Part shown: positions 25,676 through 39,672 of the stretch, piece after piece
Layout of the letters: the number at the start of each line of letters is the position of its first letter
How positions within the stretch are numbered: the first letter of the stretch is position 1
Assembly: GCA_951406725.2 (NCBI GenBank)
Contig: OX597816.1
Span: 130,386,001 to 130,450,000, forward strand
DNA from: Octopus vulgaris
Lineage: Eukaryota
DNA length: 64,000 bases
Direction of reading: 5' to 3'
Position numbers and translations under genes: made by a program
The notes under the pieces: generated by a model
Database searches by the model: none
Told to the model about the DNA's origin: nothing
What the model saw: the letters and a program-made list of their open reading frames with translations, nothing else

Positions 25676-28600
25676 TATATGTATATGTATGGTATGCATG
25701 TATATGTATAGATGTATATGTGCATATATATATATTATATAAAAGTCAATGTCTTTATGTGTGTTCGTGTGTTACTTATAGACTTGAATACTACTGCACC
25801 GATCCTAATGAAATATGGAACACAAAATCCAAGCCTAAGGAAAAGGGAATGCCATATGTTTCATGCGATTTCATGGACCAAAATTACTGACTGAATTCTT
25901 ATGATATTTGGAACTTAGATTCAATGCATAAGGGCAGGTATAATGCAGTATGTTTGGTTTGAATTTGAGGTTGCTTCAAGGGGGCAGAACACCCCATGAA
26001 AATTCATAAATTTTCAATGTTCATGAAATTTCAACCATAGGTAACTGACACACATCAAGAAGTATTCCCAAAGTTTCCGTTTCTCATGTGGATTCTAAAA
26101 CCCCCTAATGGGGGCCTTAACTCCCAAATTTTAGTAATTTTTTATAATCTCAAACTAGGTCAAAAGTACTGAATGGATCTTTATGAAATTTGGAAATTAT
26201 ATTCTATGCATAAGGACAGATGTAATGCAGTATATGTTTGACAGTGAGTGGGTATAAATGAGGCCATAACCCCCATGAAAATTCTTATATTTTTGCTGTT
26301 GATAAAATTTTAACCATAGATATTAGACACAAATGAAGTAATATTCCTAACATTTCTACTTCTTAGGAGTTAGTAAGACCCCCTGATGGGGGCTTAACCT
26401 CCACAATTTAGCTATTTTTCCTAAGCCAAGATGAATACAATTGTAGTCTTGGAGGCTGTAGAGGCACCCGAACATACAAGATGAGTGTTATTTGTAATTC
26501 AGTGTAAGAGTTTCCTTTGAGATATACTTAGATTGTGATTCCTGCAATGTGGTGCATAAATTGTCAAGTAAAGGAGAGGCATCTTTGCTTCCACTGATTA
26601 GTTGCAAAGTGTTATTTTGAGTAAAGTTATTTGGTTGCAGACTTCCTTTGAGTCTTTTTATTATCACTGGGTTAGAGATAGTCCCCAGATGGTCACATTG
26701 ATTTCAAATCCTTTCCAGATAAGTGATCGGTCATTCAAAGAGATTTATAGATTGCAAATTTATTCTCTTCAGTTTTATAGTGATCATTGGCAAACTCCAG
26801 AAGTAACACTTTCATTTCCCCTTAGCTCTCACATCACACAATTGTTAATGTTTGAGTTGGGTCACACCCTTCCATTTGTTATAAATCCGTAATGCATCTT
26901 ATGGCTGTGCCGGTCACCTGTTTGGTGACTGGCACAGCTGTAATCCTATATTGGGGAATGGTAACGATTAGGATAGGGTAGCTGACTGTTTATCGTGATC
27001 ATTCGTCTTTTGGTTTCCTGTAGCTTTGGTCTCTTTTACAAACCCAGTGAACATTCATGAACAATAGATATAAGACATCATCATCATCATCATCATTTAA
27101 CGTCCGCTTTCCATGCTAGCATGGGTTGGACGGTTCAACTGGGGTGCCCGAAGGCTGCACCAGGCCAGTCAGATCTGGCAGTGTTTCTACAGCTGGATGC
27201 CCTTCCTAACGCCAACCACTCCGAGAGTGTAGTGGGTGATTTTATGTGCCACCGACACAGGTGCCAGACGAGGCTGGCGAACGGCCACGCTCGGATGGTG
27301 TTTTTATGTGCCACCGACACAGGTGCCAGACGAGGCTGGCGAACGGCCACGCTCGGATGGTGTTTTTATGTGCCACCGACACAGGTGCCAGACGAGGCTG
27401 GCGAACGGCCACGCTCGGATGGTGTTTTTATGTGCCACCGACACAGGTGCCAGACGAGGCTGGCGAACGGCCACGCTCGGATGGTGTTTTTATGTACCAC
27501 CGACACAGGTGCCAGACAAGGCTAGCAGACGACCACGCTCGGATGGTGTTTTTTATGTGCCACCGACACAGGAGCCAGATGAGGCTGGCGATCGGCCACG
27601 ATTGGATGGTGATTGTTACGTGCCCACAGCCCAAGTTAAAAAAGATTCCCAACAATTCAACTTTCTGGTTGACTTTAAGAACCCCCCACCTCCAATAGGG
27701 GCCTTAACTCACACATTTTAAAGCTCCATGTGCTCCATTTTTCGGGAGCAAAAACCTTTGAATAGGTTTTATAAGATTTGGATTTTGGAATCTGGGCATA
27801 AAGATGAGTAGTATGAGATAAATATGCCATGATTAGAATTTTTGCTAGGGTGTGTAAAGAAGGAAAGAACCCCCATTAAAACTCTTAATCTTCAATTTTG
27901 ATGAAATTCAAATCATAGGTATTCCAGTTCATTAGAGAAAATACAAAAGAAAAGTTTAATTCTTCAATTCCATGTGACACAGGCAATGCCAGGTATCTCT
28001 GCTAGTATACAATAAATATCATTGAGGATAGCAAAAGGAGAAATCATCTATCTTAATCTTGTGTTGGAATTTCATCAGCAGCTGAGTATTCTCTTTAATT
28101 GTCTATTGTAACATTACATATAAGTCGTTTTTAACTAAAAGCTTAAGTAAATCTGATAGATTGATTCACATGTATAATGTATTCTTGGTAACTAGTTCAA
28201 TTAATAGATGGGTGGTTGTTAAGTGTTTTGTTCATGTTGTATTACAAGGATACTGTGTATAAAAATAAGGTGTTTACATCTCTTTACATACAATGTTGTT
28301 AAATCTATAAATATATTCTGTGGTACAGTATAGCATTAAACAAAACATTCTTAACACAGGGTTGAAAGATAAGGTGTATATATATGTCTATTCACAGTGG
28401 TAGCTAAAATTAATAGATATATTCTCGAGTACAGTAAAGTATTGACACAAAACACTTAACACCAGTACTTTATATTTTAGATATTTTGTACTCAGTTTAG
28501 TGCCTTATTAGTCTAAGATTCCATCTTGTTGGTGTTTCATTTATCAAAATTCAGTACCAATTAGCACAAAACAGTATCTCTTAGAAAAGCTTATATTTTT

Positions 28601-29287
28601 TTATATTCAAGTTAGTATATATAATTTCTTTTCTTAGAATGTCATTGCTGACTGTTAAGATTTCCTAAGATATAAAGTATAAGTTTATAACTTTATCAAT
28701 ACAACATCTTCAATAGAATTATAATATAACACTTAAGTGAGATAACTTTAAAATGAGGATAGCAATGAATACAGTGTTTTAGAATACATTATATACCAAT
28801 TAAACTTGTCTTTTGTTTCTTTTAATGCTTTTATCTTTAATTATTATTTCTACATAATGTCTTACATGTTTTTATATATTCAAAAGACAGATCGAGCATT
28901 TTCCCATCTTATTTTAGCTTGCTTGCTTGCTTATATTCTCATTTAAGCCCAATTACATTTTTTGATAAAGTTCCCTAAACTTTTTTTTCTATTGACTCCA
29001 AATATTTCCTATCATTTAAAATAAAATAAAGATGGTTTCAGAGTTTAATAAGTTTAAGTTAATTAATTAGTTTAATTAATATATGCTATTTAGGTAATTA
29101 TTAAATAATATTTTAGATGAATTTGAAGAAAGAGGCATGGCTGTGTGGTAAGTAGCTTGCTTTTGAACCACATGGTTCCGGGTTCAGTCCCACTGCATGG
29201 CACCTTGAGCAAGTGTCTTCTGCTATGGTCTTGGACCGACCAAAGCGTTGTGAGTGGATTTGGATGATGGAAACTGAAAGAAGCCTG

Positions 29288-29330
<43 letters not shown>

Positions 29331-32300
29331 TGTGTGTCTGTGTTTGTCCCCCCACCCCAACATCGCTTGACAAATGATGCTGGTGTGTTTACGTCCCCGT
29401 AACTTAGTGGTTCAGCAAAAGAGACCGATAGAATAAGTACTAGGCTTACAAAGAATAAATCCTGGGGTCGATTTGCTCGACTAAAGGCAGTGCTCCAGCA
29501 TGGCCACAGTTACATGACTGAAACAAGTAAAGAGTTTTAATAGCCAGCCTTTACTTATAAATACTGATGCTAATTATTCAAATAATTCTATTAAACAGTT
29601 ATTGTAACAGAAAGATACATCCTTCCAACAACTGCTTGGAAGTTGATTTGCTAGTAAATAGTGCTTAATATTAGTAGAGCTCTGAATTCATAAATTACTG
29701 ATATGATTTACACAATAGTTATTAGAAATGTAATATTTTAAATAGCTTGTTATTTTCATCATGTCAAAATAGAAGAGAAACAGAATTGTATAAAGAATTT
29801 TGGAGAATTTCTAATTTCAGTGATGGCAAGAGTCTTAAGTAAGAGGGTTTAAAGAGAGTTAAAGTCTGGGTTCATAGGTCTGCTAGAAATACAAACATGT
29901 TTGTATTTAACTCATCCAAGTTCAAAGTAACAAATGTTGAGCGATGATTGTGATGAGGGTTATTTGGTGCATACAAAAATAGATAAAATCACAAGTTATA
30001 ATTGAGTTTAATTTCACAGGTCTACCTGGTTTATGAAGTGGAAGTGAACAAATTGTAAAAGAGAGTTCTCTTTAACACTAGAAGTTTCTCACTCATTTTG
30101 TTATAGGTTAGATAAGTAAGAGCAGCGTTCATAAACTTAAGAGCAAACTAGTGATATTGATGCAAATAGTAACCAACTCTATCCTCATCAGTTGATGTCT
30201 GGGAGAAATGTGACCTGAAAGGTTTGCTAGGAGGTCTGATCCAAATGCTTGAAACGAAGTGAACATTGCAAAAAGCATCCAAGGATCAGATTGTGGTGGT
30301 TTTAAGCTGGATGTCATGTTTGGCTTACCATGCAAATCCCACAGTATTTCTAGCTTCAGATATTTCCTTTCAGTACAGTGTTCTTTTCTGTTGTCTAAAT
30401 CTCTAAGGTTAATGAGATTATGTTGGTTTCTACACTTATGAAGGAGACATAAGCATAATTACTGTCAACTGACATAATATTGATTAACACTTGCAGAAAT
30501 GCAGTTTTGCTCTCCTTTCATATTTGTGTGTATATATTCTTTCATTCTTTTACTTGTTTCAGTCATTTGACTGCAGCCATGCTGGAGCATTGCCTTTAGT
30601 CGAGCAAATCGACCCCAGAGCTTATTCTTTGTAAGTCTAGTACTTATTCTATCGGTCTCTTTTCCCGGACTGCTAAGTTACGGGGGCATAAACACACCAG
30701 CATTAGTTGTCAAGCGATGTTGGGGGGACAAACGCAGACACAAACATACACACACACACACACACACGCAATGGGTTTCTTCCAGTTTTCGTCTACCAAA
30801 TCCACTCACAAAGCTTTGGTTGGCTCGAGGCTATAGTAGAAGACACTTGGCCAAGGTGCCACGCAGTGGGACTGAACCCAGGACCATGTGGTTGGTAAGC
30901 AAGCCACTTACCACACGGCCACTCCTGTTGGAAAGAGAGCAACTTAAAAGAAGAATTTTCGATACAGCTATAAACAATATAACAACCCATCTCCCCTCCT
31001 TCCCTAAAAGTCTAAAGTCTTATGCTTAGTGAAAACCAAAACAAGCAATACAAACAGCTCAAAGCATGGTTACTATCCTTCATAACAGTGCAGCTTTCTT
31101 ATAGCAATGCAGCTGTTTTTCTTTTTTCACTGTTTGGCAGCAAATCGCAATCTGGCAACACTTAGCTATTTGGCAGCTTGAAGATATTCTTCAGCTTTCT
31201 GGCTTTGTGAAGGATCATTTTATAGAAATTGTAGATTTACTCTCCGGTTCCTTTCTGTCTTTCCCTTTAGGAAGAGGTGTCATTTGTTTTCTGCCACGAA
31301 GTCTATGCCTGTCACAATTGTTCCTTTCAGCAACCTTTTGTACTCCTAAAAGAACTGGAAGTTCTTTGCTGGGCTACATGCCAACATATTGGTTACCGTG
31401 CTTTAACGCAGGATGATACTGGACTACTTTCATGTGCCATTAGTAAGTAATTTATTTTGTTTCTTTATATATGTTGTTTTGGACATTTGTGGAACCTATT
31501 TGGTTTCTAAATACAGATGTTTAAATGGTGGACAATTAAACTTTGCTACATAGATTTATTTTTTAACTAACAGTTTAGTTGGTTAATTCAACCCTGAAAT
31601 ATTACTGGTGTGCATTTTAATCACACCTGAGGGAAGAAAAACAGGATATGAAGTCTGATCAGTATGGTAAGAAATTGTCTTCTAAGCTCTAAACACTGCA
31701 GCTCTAAACGTTGGAGTTTAACCCTTTAGCATTCAAATTACTCTGTCAAATGTAATATATATTCACATTGTTTTGAATTAATCCTGCATTATCTCGTCAT
31801 TTTGAGATTTCAATGAAGCAATTGTTTATTTTTAGAATTACATTGTTGGGTAGATATGATAAGCCAGATCTGGTAAGTTTAAATATAGAATTGGGAGAAT
31901 CTTTGGGTTGAATGTAGCTGGTTTAAATCTTGAAGGTTTGATACAAACTTGTCTTTTAGCTATTATCAGTTGCTATTAAAGACATTGAAAATGAGTTAGC
32001 ACCATGATAAAGCTTATTTTTAGATTGATAACCATTTACAAAATTCAAAATAGAAGTCAAGGAATAAGGGACAACCAGTTGGGTTACTTACTGAGTGTTT
32101 CTAGAGAAAATGTTGAAAATCTTGAATTCTTTGACCATATTTTCCTGCAAGTTGGTAAGTTTTCATGGTTGGTTCTGTTTTCTTAAAAACTGTATTGATT
32201 GGAAAATGTTGGGTAAATAAGAGATCAAGAATGTGTGTGGTTGATTTGACTTTTAGCAGGCGTGGCTGTGTGGTTAAGAAGTTTACTTCCCAACTACATG

Positions 32301-35300
32301 GTTTCAGGTTCAGTCCCACTGCATGGCATCATGGGCAAGTGTCTTCTGCTATAGCTCTGGACTGACCAAAGCCTTGTGAATAGATTTAGTTGTTTGAAAT
32401 TGAAAGAAACTTGCCATTGTGTGTGTGTGCATGTATGTTTTAGTGTCTCCTTGTATGGACATTGTGTTGTAAATGAGTGTCACCTTCATATAAATGGTGT
32501 CCTTCATTTCCAATCTTCCATGAAAACATTCGGCCATAAGCAAATATTACCCTACTTAGAAACAGGTGAAGGTTGATGACAAGAAGTGCATCTGTTCATA
32601 GAAAATTTACACCTCAACAGACTCTGTCTGACCCATGTGAGCATGGGGAAGTGAATGCTAAAACGATGATGATGATGATGTTGCTACTGTAGAGCACAAA
32701 TAAATAATTAAATACCATATGGAAGTTTTAAACACTGTAGATTTTACTGTTATCATATATAAATGAATAAATAAAATCATATAATGTCCGTTTTCCATGC
32801 TGGCATGGGTTGGACCGAATATTATTTCATTGTTGCCAAATGATATTTTGTACAACCTGTGCTAATATGAAAAACAGACATTAAATAATATACGTGTGTG
32901 TGTGTGTATTTAGGGAAAATAAAGATATATTAAAATTCCTGAGTGTGTGTGTGTGTGTTTGGAGCCCTACAGTAGCTGTTCCAAATGCACAGAGATGCTC
33001 GACCATAATGGATCCTCAAGGAACACTTTATTGTCTGTAACTTGATACAATAAAGTGTTCCCCAATGGTCCATTGTGGTTGAGCATCAATATGCATTTGG
33101 AACATCTACCATAGGTCTGCAAACAATTGTAATAGTGAAACATACACATAGGAATTTTAATATAAACTTGTTAGGTCTTGTCATATATAGAGGCAGGCGC
33201 CATTGCAATGCTGTGCTAAAGTCACCATTTGTTGGTATATTCCTTGGTCTTCCTGGGTGATCTGTTGAGCAGAGTCCCAGTCAGTGTCCATCTCCATGAG
33301 ATACCTCCTCATCTGTTGTGACCATGTGGTATGTGGTTGACCAACACAAGCCATCAACCCAGCTGGATCCTCAGATAAGCTGGCACTCCTGATTCATACA
33401 AGTAACAGGATGCATCCCAGTTTAGGCAACGATAAATCAAGGACTAAATATTTACAAACTGAAAATTGTAAGAAGCACTGACTATCACCAAAATACTAAC
33501 AAAAACTCACTCACTTTGTTTTAATTTGTACACTTGTCCTTCTCTACATATGGTTGTTTGTTTATCCCAATTTATTGTAATTTTCATTTAATATCATGTT
33601 TAAGGAAACTTTTTAGTTGAAAACAAAGTAAAAAAAAATCAAACATTTTACAATTGCTGCATTAATGAGAATTTGTTAGTTAAGAGGTTTTCTTTGTAAC
33701 CACATGGCTTTGAGTTCAGTCCAATTGTGTGGCACCTTGAGCTGAGCAAAGTCTTGTGTACTGGGTGCCTTGTATGTGTCACTGGCACTGGTGCCATTCA
33801 CACATCACCAGCACTGGGCCATGACCACGATTTCTTCTCAAGTGCATCAATTTGCCAGAAGTCCTGGTGATTTGTCATTGCCTCTGTGAGACTTCACATC
33901 CAAAAATTGCATTTCACCACCTCATAAAAATTATATTTGAAGTTGTGCTCATAAAATGAAAGACGTTGAATGATTAGTGTCTTTATTCACCATTTTCTTC
34001 CTTTATTTGGCAATATGCCATGCTTCAGAAGATCCTGTGAAGCCAAGTGAAATTGTAGTTGTAGCTGATGCCGGTGATGCATAACTGGTACCCTTTGAAC
34101 ATTTAGCCTCACGGAAGCAATGATAAGTGACCAAGACCTTTGGTAATAAGCTGTGCTTGAGAAGACCTATCAAACTAAGTGAAATCATAGTTGTGGCCGA
34201 TGCTGGTGTCACATAACTGGCACTCATGCCAGTGGCATGTAAAAAGCGGCCATTACACTCTTGGAGTGGTTAGCATTAGGAAGGGCATACAGCTGTAGAA
34301 TTCATGCCAAATCGGATTGGAATCTGGTGTAGCCCTACAGCTTACCAGTTTCAGTCAAACTGTCTAACCCATGTCAGCAATGAAAGCAGATGCTAAATGA
34401 TAATGGTGATGATTTCATCATCATCATGATCCCTTAACTGATGCAGCCAGTCATTGGGGTGCCACTCTAGATGCTTCCATAGTCAACCGTCATCACTAGT
34501 TTCTGTTCTGTCATGTGTAGCAGGTTCACTGTGTTATGACCTGTCTAGTACTTGATGTCAAACCAGGATTTTCTCTGCTTTCAACCTCTCAACTGTGCTC
34601 TGAAGAATGACTTTGGACAAGGAGGTGTTTGGGGAACAGTAGCATTGTTATTGATGGATAGGTACACTAGTTCTCACCTGTCTCTCACTTTTGGCTCTGA
34701 GACCATTCTCAGCTGCACCCCAGTAACTGCTTCTGCTTGCAGGCTAAATTTAGTGAGGGACTGAATGCTTTGAGAGGAGATGGGCACTGACAAGCCTACT
34801 GAAATGCCATAATAGACCTTATTTCATTTTACTGATAGAAAATGATAAAAGGCTATAAAAGGAAAAAAAAACCCACCAAAACAAAAAAAAAAAATGAAAA
34901 TAAAACAAATTGTACATTCATTCTGAGAGGCTTTCATTTTGTTTTATAGTATTTGAAATTATTTTCTTTCTCATCAATCTGTGTTATAATGAAATAATGT
35001 TAAACAAGATGTTAAGTGAAGACTGTCTGTAGTGTTTTCTTACATAATAAATTGAAGCCTTTCTTTGGAAATAACAGAATTTATAGAGTAGTGGATTATA
35101 AAAGCCTTTCAGTATAATAATGGCCTGTTACATTGTGAGTTCTCATCCTGTTGAGATCAATTTGATTTTTTTTAGATTGATTTCAGTACTTGACTGATAC
35201 TTATTTTCCTAACTAAATTTTCGATGGAAAAGCGGGTGGGGAAAGAGGCCCTCTCCTCAATTTGAGGTCATGTACCTTTGTTTGTTCATTTGTTTGTAAA

Positions 35301-38300
35301 CCCTTACCTGTTTAAGTAAGGAATTTTCCCCTATTAAACTTCAAAAGCACAGTGCTACAGGATGTAATGTGCACACTGTAATGTAAACACTGTCTCATGA
35401 AAATAAGCAGGAATGACAGCTTTGTGTGCATGCACACATGCATACACATGTGCACGTGCATGCATGCGCACGAGAGAGAGACTTTCAGAGAGTTTCTGTC
35501 TACCTGTTCCACTCAAAAGCCATTGATTAATCCAAAGTGACTTGCAGTTAGATCGAACCTGAGACCACTTGGTTGCAAATTAGACTTCTTAATCACACAG
35601 CTATGCTGTGTCTATATATTAGAAGTGTTTATTTTGTTTTATCATGCTACTCTTGAAAATACTGTTTATTGTTTTTAAATGACTAAATCCAATTTGTTGG
35701 GACAGCACTCTTGAGCATTTTACAGAATCTCCAAGTCTGAAAGGAGAAGAGGGAAGTATGACTCATGGATTGCTGTAGTCAGAATTAACATGTCATGCAT
35801 GGAATCATCTTTTGGTCTTTTGTGCCTGGAAAGTCTTGGTTTAGTCTTGTTGGCAATGTCTTCTGTGACTGCTGAAATCCACTTGCGAGTGGCAGTCCTA
35901 GTTACGGTGACTATATTTGAAGATAGTTTTTGCCAGTTTTGTCCTCTTACTGTTTTTTTTTCATCAGTAAACCTCAGCCTCTCCTTTTGTCATTTTAAAC
36001 TCTTGTCTAGTTTCTGTCTCTAGTGGGAGCAATCGCCAGCAATGTCCTATCTTCTAGTGTTCATGGAAGGAGACTTCAAGTCCCTCATGCAGATATCTTT
36101 GAAATGAAAATGGGGTAGCTGGAAGCCAGTTTCCCAGACCTGCAGAATCAATACATTGAGACATTATTTCCACACTAGAAACTGGCTTGAGTGTTTATAG
36201 CAGTGAACCCTATAAAAGGTGCCAAAGGGTCAGGTGGTGATGGTAAACCAGACAATGAATTAAATCTGAGAAGAGTTCATCCAACAAGTTACTTCACAGT
36301 TTCTATCTACTTAATTTCATTTTCAAGGCTGCAGTAGGAGATAGTTCCTTGCACAATGTACCAACGAGTGGGATAGAAACCTAGAACCATACATTTTTTA
36401 AGCAAACTTCTTAACTACATGGCTGTGCCAGTAGCCATTCAGCTGTAACCATACTGGAGTCAGAGTTGGTGTAGGCATTGCCATGAGAAAACCACAACTG
36501 CTACTCACTTTCTTTGGAACAAAATGTATTTGTTCCTGTATAAATACTGTATGAATATTTGTGAACATTCAGTTGAGTCTAATGGTTTATAGATTCTCTT
36601 CAGTTACTAGATAGCCTCATCCTAAGGTACCAATTGGTCCTTAAGTATTCTGCTTGCATTTCCTTTCCCTTTCTTTTTTTCTATTGTGTGTGTGTGTTGA
36701 CAGTAAATTCTTCAATGTACTACTTGAGTGAAGGTAATAGCAATGGTTATTGCAGAAGTAATTGCTTTCCCTCTCAAATTATAGAGTAACTACCACACAT
36801 ATATTTTCACAACTTACATGGGCGTACATATTTTTAGGTGACAAAATATGCATATTTACATGAGGTGTGTATGTGTGTCTCTGTGCACATGCACACATAC
36901 ATAATTTTACACACTCACACTCATATGCATGCCACATGCAAAAGGTCCATATGTAGACAGAGACACATGGAGAGAGAATGTTAATGGTAGGGTAAATTAT
37001 AACCAAATATTTAAAAAGACAAAAAAATGAAATATACATAAAAAATATGAAGCAAAAAAAGAAAGGGAAGAAGAATATACATAACTCCACTTGGTCTGCA
37101 GGTGAGTGAAAGTTCTTAATCATTTGTTAAACCTGTTCTATAGGAGGTTAGAGCAAGTTGTGAATTTACAACATTAGTGCAGTGGTTGTGTATGTGTCTG
37201 TTGGCTGTGAGTACCACCCCTTATAATCATCATCAGTTGAAACAGAGCTAGTTGGCTGAAAAACAAACAAAATATATATATATATAAAGACAACTGATCT
37301 GATGGGTGGCTGGATGTTTGAGTAGTTGCCATTGGAACTTGGTTCTGTATCTCACCCTTCTTATACTCTCTCTCTCCCTTTCTGTCTGTCTATCTCTCTC
37401 CCCCTCACCAAGTCTATTGTCCGCTGGAGCAACTTTCTTTGTATGTTTGACAGACACATAACTATAAGGGTATTGCTTTCAGTTGTAGAATTCCCTTAGA
37501 GAGGGCAGTGTTGGGTTTGTGGAGGTTGTGAATGGTTATTGGGCAATTGCTTGTTGGTTTTTGCGTTCAGATAAGATGGGGGTGGGAGGGTGGCTGGAGG
37601 GAACCAAGTCCTTCCCTACTCCCTGACACTTTATATATTTACTGTTATTGTTGTGTGTTGTTTAGTTTGTGGAAGGGTATATAATTCACTAAACAAGAGT
37701 ATGTGTAGGAGCAGGAGTAGGGTGGAGTGGGAGAGTAAAGGGATGAGAAGAGAGGAGGCTGTGGGGGCTGAGAAAGTACTGAGGAAGGTTGAGTAGGAGG
37801 ATGTATGGGAAGAAGAGAGTGAAAGGCTTGAAAGATAATAGAGAAGGACAGTTGAGAGAGAGAGAGAGAGAGAGAGAATAAGAAATAGTGAGGAGATGAG
37901 GGGGAGAGAGAAAGGAGAAGAGATGGAGATATAGCAAAAAAGGAGAGACTAAAGAAGAAATGTGTGTGTGTATGTGGTGGGTAAATAGTAAATAAGAAAG
38001 AGCTGGAGGATATGGGTGGAGATTAAGCAAGAAAGTACATGAAAAGGAGATAAGAGATGGAGAAAAGGATAGAGAATTAGTTGGTGGGCAGACCAGATAT
38101 TTGTTCCCCTTGATGTGTGTGTGTGTGTGTGTTTGGCTGAGTAGGGATTGAAGGAAGAAATGACCTGTGTGTGTATGGAGTACTGGTGGTGGGGATAACA
38201 TACTTACCAAGTCTGTTCACAAGAAAGTCATAAATCTTATAATTATAGAACACTTCAAGGGGCCATCTATTACAACATTCTCATCTACAAACTTTCAAAG

Positions 38301-39602
38301 TGCACATAGATAAATTAACAATAAAGGGTAAATGGAGTGAAATGTGGTGGTGGTGGTGGTGTTGAGAAGGTGGGGCAATCCAACAAGTGAAAGAACAACC
38401 AAAATAACCAGGTTTAAACAGAATGTGTAGTGAGTTGTGAAAATCTCAAATATTTGATAGAAAATGAGAGAGAAAAAAAAGAAAAACGTCTTGAATATGC
38501 TTGTAGTATATTGAAGAAAGGTAGGAGTTTGGAGTGGAATATAAGGAAAGTCCATGAAGGAGACAGATTTTTTTGTCTTTTATGTGAGAATTCTGTATGA
38601 TGATATCTGTCAAAAGTGACTCAGATGTGCAGTTTGTTTTTATTTTAGCATTGAATCACTGTTCTATAACTTTATGTTAAATTCAACTCTCAACCCTCAT
38701 AACAAAATCACTGTATCTCTTATTTCTATTTGAACATTTGTGCTACCAGATTGGGTTGGATAGGTCTGTAATACAGCAAATTGCCTTGATCCTATGTCCT
38801 CTCCCCTAGCTTACTGTCCTGAAAATTACCTCACTGTCTCTCTTCTCACACCTTCCTCTGCTGCAGACATTTTCCATTGTTAGGAGGGTAGTTTATCACT
38901 CAGCGCTCATTCTCTAGTGCATTACATTTTAATACTACCCCCTCCTGTACACATCAGCTGATGCTTTTAATGCCCAGTCACTTTCTCAAATCATGTGTGC
39001 TTTGTCTTGCAGATTAACATTACATAACTAACAGTTTTTTTTTATTCCCTTTCTTCTACGTATAAGGATCTCATGCATTCTATATGCATGTGCCACTATA
39101 CTATATATATATATATATAAATTCCCTAAGGTTTTAGGTTCTGTAATACTAATCAACATTTAGCTTTTTGCTATGTTGATTACTGTTCAATATTAGATTT
39201 TTGACCTCAAAAGAATGAAAAGGGACAAATAATCTTGGTCAGATTTGAACTTGGAACATAAAGAGCTGTAACATTTACTGCAGGACATTTTTTTCCTGAC
39301 ATGCCAATGATTCAACCAGCTCAAAATGTACACAAAAATGCACATATGTACTACCAATATGATTAACACACACTTAACACAAACACCAGTACAAATCAGC
39401 ACACATATATGTACATACCAGTGCAAATCTATATATACACCATTACAAATCAATACACACATGCTTGCTTCCCGATCACATGGTTCCAGGTTCAGTCCCA
39501 GTGTGTGGCATCTTGGGCAAGTATCTTCTACTATAGTTTTGGGCCAACCAAATCTTTGTGTGTGAATTTGGTAGACAGAAACAGAAAGAAGCCCATTGTA
39601 TG

Positions 39603-39672
<70 letters not shown>

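Noticed and set aside
27121-27721. Long repetitive ORFs and CRISPR-like periodicity
   Set aside because: The units are contiguous 62-mers with no unique spacers, and there are no cas genes. The ORFs are a by-product of a stop-free minisatellite.
37150-37240. Minus-strand C/D box snoRNA (TGATGA)
   Set aside because: No CTGA D box or terminal stem at a suitable distance.
37689-38210. 173-aa ORF and other low-complexity ORFs (YIYI, CVCV, F/L/S-rich)
   Set aside because: These are translations of microsatellites and purine/pyrimidine tracts.
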